Assembly: GCA_964429275.1 (NCBI GenBank)
Contig: CAYSBJ010000002.1
Span: forward strand, 1 to 64,000
Source: an uncultured Pseudomonadota bacterium
GTDB lineage: Bacteria; Babelota; Babeliae; Babelales; JAUPTZ01
Reading direction: 5' to 3'
DNA length: 64,000 bases
Positions 57,893-64,000 of the stretch are shown piece after piece. The notes beneath the pieces are model-generated. The model was not told the origin of the DNA and made no database searches. It worked only from the letters and a program-made list of their open reading frames with translations. Within the stretch, counting starts at the first letter, position 1; each line of letters starts with the position of its first letter. A program made the position numbers and the translations under genes.

Positions 57893-59470
57893 ATGCATAA
57901 AAAAATCTTATGGGGCGTCCTTGTGTGGGGCGCCCTTGCCTCTTTCGGTGTGCAAGCAGGGAATTTTGCAGGCCGCCCGTATAAAGAGCGCTGGTTAGAT
58001 GAAGTGCCAATTGATGATAGAACGGGTGAAGTAACCAAGACGAAGTGGTTGCAAAGACCGCAGCCGACTGGCCGCTTGGTTGATTTTGTTGTACAGCTTG
58101 TTGCTGATGCGGCAGAAGACAATAGCCGGTGGCACCAGATTGTGCAAGGGAGATCATTTACGCGGCAGCAGGCCTACGTGGCCTTAGTACATGAGCTTGT
58201 TCGGCGACCAGATGCGCAGACGGAGCCGTTAGCGAGCACTCTTCCTTATTTGCAGGAGATTTGTAGTTGGGTGCCAGGTGATTTTGTATGTCTGCGTGGT
58301 TTCAGATTGGTCTCTGATCGAGCAGTTTGCCTTACGAGTATTGCCAAGATATTGACGCCGCCTGCAACACCGCACCAGGTTTTTTCTGTGGAATCAACCG
58401 CGTTTCAGTCACCTGGGGAGAGTGATGTTGAAAGTTTTAGCGATGATGAGGACTCTGGTTTAGAGAATTGGCTGGACGATGAGGAGATGAAAGAGGACTA
58501 TCAAGAAGAGAAATTTCTTGAAGATGAACCGGAAAGTGCCGTTGTTCCTGCACAAAGGCCGGAACCAATAAAAATGAAGAGAAAATTTAATTGGAGGCGG
58601 CTTTTGCCAGGGAACTGGGGTAACTTCAGTATGCCGATTTTTATACGGCTTGATCGGGTGCCGAATGGCGTTGTAGTGACGCCACTGCAGGCGCCGCAGT
58701 CTTTTAGCGGGCCGTTAAAGCGGCGTAGAGTTGTTGATTGCCTCGCCGAGCGGCAGCATAATGCGGCAGGGTCTTTAATCGTTCGCCCGTTCACGGGGGT
58801 TGAAGATGAGCCTGCATGTGACCTTCGTAGTCCTTGGCTGATGCCGCTTAGTGGGCGGGCCGAGTCGGCTGAGAGCTCTGCGGAATCTTGGAGTGTGTCG
58901 GGGTCACATCCTGACGCTGAATCGAAGGAAGATCTGTCGAGCGAAGATGGAGATGTGTTGCCGGCTAAAAGTACTGACATCTCTCGCATGCAGCCAATGT
59001 GCCTGCTTTCGCCGCCTTGCTCACGAGTGAGTAGTTGTAGCGCTCCAGTGTCGCCTCGCCGATCTCTTCGTCAGCGCAAAAAACATGTGGTAGACTTCCG
59101 TTTGTCGGAGGTTATTCCAGCACCGAGGGCAAAGACTCCGACAGCACCCTCAGCGGCAGTGCCGGTGCCAGAAGCACAACCAACCGTTGTCCCTGTTGAC
59201 AATAGCATCCGTATAGTTTCAACTGATGTGGTATCGACAGAGCCAAATACGACGGACGTTGTTTTGGTGGTCGAGGATGCTGCAAAACCAGGGGTACATG
59301 AGGCAGTGGTCGTTCAGCAAAGACAGGGCATTACATTTTTACAAGCAGCGGCCGTTACGGGGACTGTGGCTGTTGCGGGATTGGCGATTGATTATGTGAA
59401 ACGAGGCGAGAGGTCGCTGGTGGGGCGGCTGTTGTTGCAACTTCGTGGTACCAAGCCTGAGGCGTGTTAA
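57893..59470 (+). CDS. Hypothetical exported protein with disordered middle and C-terminal anchor
   Basis: Signal peptide; FTRQQAY domain shared with the upstream gene; TM plus DYVKRG. Confidence 0.78.
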   Translation: MHKKILWGVLVWGALASFGVQAGNFAGRPYKERWLDEVPIDDRTGEVTKTKWLQRPQPTGRLVDFVVQLVADAAEDNSRWHQIVQGRSFTRQQAYVALVHELVRRPDAQTEPLASTLPYLQEICSWVPGDFVCLRGFRLVSDRAVCLTSIAKILTPPATPHQVFSVESTAFQSPGESDVESFSDDEDSGLENWLDDEEMKEDYQEEKFLEDEPESAVVPAQRPEPIKMKRKFNWRRLLPGNWGNFSMPIFIRLDRVPNGVVVTPLQAPQSFSGPLKRRRVVDCLAERQHNAAGSLIVRPFTGVEDEPACDLRSPWLMPLSGRAESAESSAESWSVSGSHPDAESKEDLSSEDGDVLPAKSTDISRMQPMCLLSPPCSRVSSCSAPVSPRRSLRQRKKHVVDFRLSEVIPAPRAKTPTAPSAAVPVPEAQPTVVPVDNSIRIVSTDVVSTEPNTTDVVLVVEDAAKPGVHEAVVVQQRQGITFLQAAAVTGTVAVAGLAIDYVKRGERSLVGRLLLQLRGTKPEAC

Positions 59471-59716
59471 TTAGAAATGGCGTATACAGAACATTCGGCC
59501 TGAACCGCTTTTTAGATATTGCTCTAATCGAATGGCTTTTTCTTCATTATTAAAAGCTATATAGACTTCCAGAACCCATGGCTTGTACTTGTCTGTATGA
59601 GATGAATTTTTAGCGTTGTGCTGACGCATGCGCCGATGTAAATTTTGTGTGACTCCAACATAGTAATGTTCTGGGGCCGATTGACTTCTAATGATATATA
59701 CAAAGTAGGTAAACAT
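59471..59716 (-). CDS. Small stand-alone GIY-YIG nuclease
   Basis: YFVYII, YYVG.T, RR..QHN, EQYLKSGSGR. Confidence 0.88.
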   Translation of the reverse strand: MFTYFVYIIRSQSAPEHYYVGVTQNLHRRMRQHNAKNSSHTDKYKPWVLEVYIAFNNEEKAIRLEQYLKSGSGRMFCIRHF

Positions 59717-59814
59717 ATAAAAGCTCCTGGTAAATCTTGAGGCTTACCATTCGTTGTATGCTTGCGTAAAAATTGTATGAAAAGAGGCGCTTGAGAGGCA
59801 AGAGATCAGAAGAG

Positions 59815-59988
59815 TCCGCCGTCGCCCCTGGCGGGGACTATGGCGTGACACCCGCTTCGCACTTGCCCTACGGGCTGCATTACACGCCGACGGTGATGCT
59901 ACGGCTATGTGTCGTGCCTCTGAGAGCCCAGCTACGCCGTAGACACACCTCGTGCGCTTTATGCGCACGCAGCGTGTGCGAAGGCGAG
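59815..59988. repeat. Cluster of GC-rich hairpins including module A, between tRNA-Arg and GIY-YIG
   Basis: tccgccgtcgcccctggcggggactatggcgtgaca; outer stem cttcgcac/gtgcgaag; gccctacgggc; gtgcgctttatgcgcac. Confidence 0.65.
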
Positions 59989-60065
<77 letters not shown>

Positions 60066-60173
60066 CTACATTTTTGGTGTATCGACACCACACAGCGGGT
60101 GTGGTTTTTTAGAAATGATATACTTGTTTTTTCGATGAAACATCTCTTGCATGAAGAGATGTGTAAAAAATAA

Positions 60174-60249
60174 TGGTCGGGGTGGTCAGACTCGAACCGA
60201 CGACCCCTCGCTCCCAAAGCGAGTGCGCTACCAACTGCGCCACACCCCG
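60174..60249 (-). tRNA. tRNA-Pro(TGG)
   Basis: CGGGGTG..; CTCGC-TT-TGG-GA-GCGAG; CCA. Confidence 0.95.
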
Positions 60250-60282
60250 ACTAAATTTTTTACTGAATATGAAGAAGAACAA

Positions 60283-60359
60283 TGGGGTGAATGACGGGGC
60301 TCGAACCCGCGACACCCAGAACCACAATCTGGTGCTCTACCAGCTGAGCTACATCCACC
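60283..60359 (-). tRNA. tRNA-His(GTG)
   Basis: GGTGGATG.. with G-1; CCAGA-TT-GTG-GT-TCTGG; CCA. Confidence 0.95.
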
Positions 60360-60414
60360 GCGATCTTTTTAAAGAACTTTTCCCAAAGGAGAGGAGTATT
60401 ATACGGGAAAATTT

Positions 60415-61146
60415 TTAAAAAGAAAGAGCTGATCGCAAAAAATGATCAATTTTTGGTGAATCGCTCATCTGCTGGTGTGCGCTGTCAAATGTGTCAATGA
60501 TCGTGCCATGCTCCATAAGATATATTCTATCGCGTGTTGCTGCAATAAATTGCATATCATGACTCGCATATGCCACCGTAATGCCATGATTCAAAAGATT
60601 TTTTAGGACGGTTGCCAGCATAGTGGTGCTTTCTGGATCAAGTGCTGAGGTTGGCTCGTCAAAAAGGAGTACTGATGGACGGAGCATCAAAGCACGGGCG
60701 ATTGCTACTCGTTGTTGTTGGCCACCAGAGAGCTGATGTGGGTAGCGTGATAGGTATGGGGACATGCCAACCAGGGCGAGAAGTTCCTGTGCTCGGTCCT
60801 CGATGGCCGATTCTGAGAGGAGACCTTCATATTTTAATGCGGCGGTACAATTTTCCATGATATTCATGTGTGGGAATAAATTGAACTGCTGAAACACAAA
60901 GCCAACCGTATGCACTCGCTCTTGGTCCTTGTAGCTGGATAGTGAGCGATTTTGGAGCGTCAGAGTGCCGGTGTACGAAGTTGTAAGGTGTGCACAGCAG
61001 CGAAGAATCGAGGTTTTACCTGCGCCACTACGACCGATAAAAGCGGTAATTCTGCCTTTTGGGATTTCAAAAGAAATAGTGTTTAGAACGGTTCGTTGCG
61101 TACCTTGGTGTGGATAGGTCAGCGAAATATTAGTTCCCTTTATCAT
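60415..61146 (-). CDS. Polar amino-acid ABC transporter ATPase (GlnQ-like)
   Basis: [44 protein letters not shown]; likely start at 61146. Confidence 0.92.
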   Translation of the reverse strand: MIKGTNISLTYPHQGTQRTVLNTISFEIPKGRITAFIGRSGAGKTSILRCCAHLTTSYTGTLTLQNRSLSSYKDQERVHTVGFVFQQFNLFPHMNIMENCTAALKYEGLLSESAIEDRAQELLALVGMSPYLSRYPHQLSGGQQQRVAIARALMLRPSVLLFDEPTSALDPESTTMLATVLKNLLNHGITVAYASHDMQFIAATRDRIYLMEHGTIIDTFDSAHQQMSDSPKIDHFLRSALSF

Positions 61147-61777
61147 AATCAAACTTTCGTTCAAGTGCGTGTGCCACCAGGCCCAGGAGACCTGTGATCG
61201 CTAAGTAAATGCCGGCGGCAATTAAAAACCAGTGTGGTTCCAGAGTACGGCTTACCGCATCTTTGGCTACTTTTGTCAGTTCTATGACGCCGACAGCCCC
61301 CATAATACTGCTTTCTTTCACCAGTGAAATTGTTTCATTTACCAGTGAAGGTAAGACGGTACGAATAACTTGTGGCAGAATGATGTACCAGAGCGTTGCT
61401 CGCTGTGAGTAGCCAAGTACATAGGCCGCCTCCCATTGGCCAGCCGGAATGCTGTTAATGCCACCACGTACGATTTGTGCAACGTAGGCCACTGAGTTGA
61501 GGCCAATGGTAATGCAGCCGGCGGTCAATGGACTAATCTGCATACGAAGTAATTGCGGCAAGGCAAAGCAGGCCAGAAGAAGCTGAACATAAAGGGGAGT
61601 GCCTTGCATGACAAATACATAGACCTGTATGCATCGTGCCATGATTGGTGAGGCGAGCCGCTTTGAGCCCATAATGCCAGCAGCACAGCCGACTGTCATA
61701 CCAATGCTCAGTCCAACAAGTGCTACCCAGAGTGTGGTTAAAGTACCGGAGATAAAGAGGGAAATAACGGGGTTCAT
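61130..61777 (-). CDS. Polar amino-acid ABC transporter permease
   Basis: GTPLYVQL, RGGINSIP.GQWEAA, LVKESS. Confidence 0.92.
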   Translation of the reverse strand: MNPVISLFISGTLTTLWVALVGLSIGMTVGCAAGIMGSKRLASPIMARCIQVYVFVMQGTPLYVQLLLACFALPQLLRMQISPLTAGCITIGLNSVAYVAQIVRGGINSIPAGQWEAAYVLGYSQRATLWYIILPQVIRTVLPSLVNETISLVKESSIMGAVGVIELTKVAKDAVSRTLEPHWFLIAAGIYLAITGLLGLVAHALERKFDYDKGN

Positions 61778-61792
61778 ACTATCTTTCTGCGT

Positions 61793-62590
61793 TTAACGAA
61801 ACCACTTCGCGGCCAGAGCTGCCATTGTACCATCCGCTTTAAGCGTTGCAATTGCGTTTTCAATCTCTATTCGCAGTGCGGGGTTTTTCGGTGAAATGCC
61901 AATGCCAAAGCCATCAATAGTTTCTTCTTCTGAAAGCGCTACGGTATGCGCCGCCAATTCTTTTTGAGTACGAATCATTGCGCGCACTGAATCAACATCA
62001 AGAATGCCCATATCCGACTCACCATGTAATACTTCAAAGCAAAGGTCGCTAATGTCTGGTAAGGTTTTGACGGTGATGCCCGGATAGTTGCCAAGAATGT
62101 CTTCAAATACTGAGCCCGCTTGCGTGCAGACCAGCAGTCGTTGTGCTGCAATATCAGCCAGTGTGAGGTCGCGGTGGAATGCTTTGCCTGCTGGATAGAA
62201 GCAGCTTAGTGTATTTACTTGCTCGCCGTAGTGTGGAACCAATAGGCCGGTTTTCTTGCGGCTATTGGTTATGGAAAGTCCACCAATGATCATATCAAGG
62301 GATCCATTAGCAAGTGCCAGCAAAAGTGCATCAAAGGCCATATCTTTTATGATGAGGGGGCGATGCAATTTCTGTGCAATTGCTGCTGCGACGTCGGCAT
62401 CAAACCCAATGACGTTGCCGGTTTCGTCTGCAACTACAAAAGGAGGGTACCCGACGTTCGTGCCAACGAAAAGAGGGGAAACTGCTTTTGGTACGCTGTT
62501 TTCTTGCGCGCAGCGTGTTGCAGTAGCAAGCCAATAGCCAGCAGCAAGAAGCAGGATTGTGCCAAGGACGATGGTAATTTTTTTATTCAT
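61793..62590 (-). CDS. Amino-acid ABC substrate-binding protein (family 3)
   Basis: GYPPF, GFDADVA, SIT..RK, DGT...LAAKWF. Confidence 0.9.
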   Translation of the reverse strand: MNKKITIVLGTILLLAAGYWLATATRCAQENSVPKAVSPLFVGTNVGYPPFVVADETGNVIGFDADVAAAIAQKLHRPLIIKDMAFDALLLALANGSLDMIIGGLSITNSRKKTGLLVPHYGEQVNTLSCFYPAGKAFHRDLTLADIAAQRLLVCTQAGSVFEDILGNYPGITVKTLPDISDLCFEVLHGESDMGILDVDSVRAMIRTQKELAAHTVALSEEETIDGFGIGISPKNPALRIEIENAIATLKADGTMAALAAKWFR

Positions 62591-62630
62591 GAAAATTCCT
62601 TACAGATAACGCGAGAGGCGCATTCTAGCA

Positions 62631-64000
62631 TTATAACTTTGTTGTTTCAAACGGCTCAGTAACTACCGTTTTCTTCAAAAAGGCGAGCGCTGCCTCATGG
62701 GTCGCGACTTTTTTAGGAGTGCCCTTTCGCGCAAGCTGCCACACATTGGTCATGGTGAGTGCTGTTTGCACAACATAGTCATTGGCCAGCGTGCGCAGAA
62801 ATTCCTCTTCAAGAGAGACCGGTTTTTTTTCTGGGGCCGGTTGCACCGTGGGTTGAGCCTGCTTTGCATGTGGTGGTGTGGAAGAAGCTGCCTCTTCGCG
62901 AGTGATATGATTGGTGAGAGCTATTTCTTTTCCATACATTTCTTCTACCCATTTTAGTTCGTGGCTTGGGACCGACTTTGGTTTTACCACGATATCAGGG
63001 GTTACCCCGAGGGCCTGAATGCATTGATCGTTGGGGAGGTAGTACAAGAGAACGGTGAGTTTAATGGCGCATCCGTTATGAAGTGGCAGCACCTCTTGAA
63101 CTGATCCTTTTCCATATGTTGGTGTGCCCAGCACAAAAATAGGCAAGTTGGTTAAGCGAGCGTGGTGTTGCAAACAGCCGGTGATAAGCTCTGCCGCTGA
63201 GGCAGAAAAATTATCGGTGAGGACAAAAAGTGGCATTTTACCACTGTAAATTGGTACTCCACTGGTTGCATAGCTATTAACCAATTCCTTTCTGTTGTTT
63301 TTGGTGCTAGCGACCGCTGACTTATCCGGCAGCAGAAGGCTTGCCGTTCTTACGGCTGATTCTACAACACCGCCAGGATTTTTGCGCATATCAAGGATAA
63401 TGCCTTTGCTTTTTTTTTCTTGTGCGGTGGTGAGGAATGATTCTATATGCTTTGGCGTTTTGTCGGAGAATGATTTTATAGCAATGTACGTTACCTTGTG
63501 CTCCGGGAGATAGTACGCATATGCGCTGCGATCAGGGATAAGCTTCCGGCTGAGCTTAAATTTGAGTGGCTTTTTATCTCGCACAACGGTTAGGCGTACT
63601 TCGGTATCAATAGGCCCACGTAGCTTATTCACTACTTCATCGGATGCAAGGCCGCGGAGGCGTTGTCCGTCAATTTTTACGATACTATCGCCACTTTTTA
63701 TGCCGCCCAGATCGGCTGGGCCACCGCGGATCGTATCGACAACAAGAAGTGAATCAGCATCAGTTTCCTTGCTGATGATGCTGACCCCAATGCCAGGAAA
63801 TTGTCCGGAGGCAAGCTCAAGTGTAGCTTGATAACTGCGGGGACTGAAAAAAGAAGAATGGGCATCAACTTTGCTCACCATCGCACGGAGGCCTTCTTCG
63901 ATGATGGTGGCGAGCGGAATGGTGCGGTATGCCTTTGTTTCAATCTTATGAATAGTTTCTGCCATTCCCCAGAAATGACTAAAAAGGTCGCCATGGGGCG
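62631..64000 (-). CDS. Carboxyl-terminal processing protease, S41 family (5' partial)
   Basis: PDZ GIGV, LDMRKNPGG, SASAAE, YGKGSVQ; the frame stays open to the window edge. Confidence 0.9.
   Translation of the reverse strand, partial: PHGDLFSHFWGMAETIHKIETKAYRTIPLATIIEEGLRAMVSKVDAHSSFFSPRSYQATLELASGQFPGIGVSIISKETDADSLLVVDTIRGGPADLGGIKSGDSIVKIDGQRLRGLASDEVVNKLRGPIDTEVRLTVVRDKKPLKFKLSRKLIPDRSAYAYYLPEHKVTYIAIKSFSDKTPKHIESFLTTAQEKKSKGIILDMRKNPGGVVESAVRTASLLLPDKSAVASTKNNRKELVNSYATSGVPIYSGKMPLFVLTDNFSASAAELITGCLQHHARLTNLPIFVLGTPTYGKGSVQEVLPLHNGCAIKLTVLLYYLPNDQCIQALGVTPDIVVKPKSVPSHELKWVEEMYGKEIALTNHITREEAASSTPPHAKQAQPTVQPAPEKKPVSLEEEFLRTLANDYVVQTALTMTNVWQLARKGTPKKVATHEAALAFLKKTVVTEPFETTKL

Overview
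Bacterial chromosomal window. Its content (many signal-peptide orphan proteins, ankyrin/LRR proteins, a cPLA2-like phospholipase, a DUF2608-like protein and amino-acid importers) fits an intracellular parasite or symbiont of protists, and most resembles Ca. Dependentiae/TM6; this taxonomic call is inference only. Housekeeping genes are an RsuA/RluB pseudouridine synthase, an MsbA-like exporter, uvrA, mutS, tRNA-His/Pro/Arg, a polar amino-acid ABC importer and a partial S41 protease. Five things stand out. (1) An array of nine PF04392-like substrate-binding-fold paralogues has no permease or ATPase, six appear to lack export signals, and they form two diverged A-B-C-D cassettes, each preceded by the same 218-bp identical, apparently foldable non-coding element. 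(2) A TrpXYZ-like importer has a previously unannotated Trp-containing leader peptide. (3) A family of CGTC-ended palindromes carries smaller hairpin modules nested inside it, and one such module sits between a tRNA and a small GIY-YIG nuclease. (4) A duplicated, mosaic ankyrin-effector region is interleaved with AbiE and Fic modules and carries orphaned operators. (5) Several orphan proteins share recurrent membrane-targeting motifs. All homology calls were made by eye from motifs; no searches were run.
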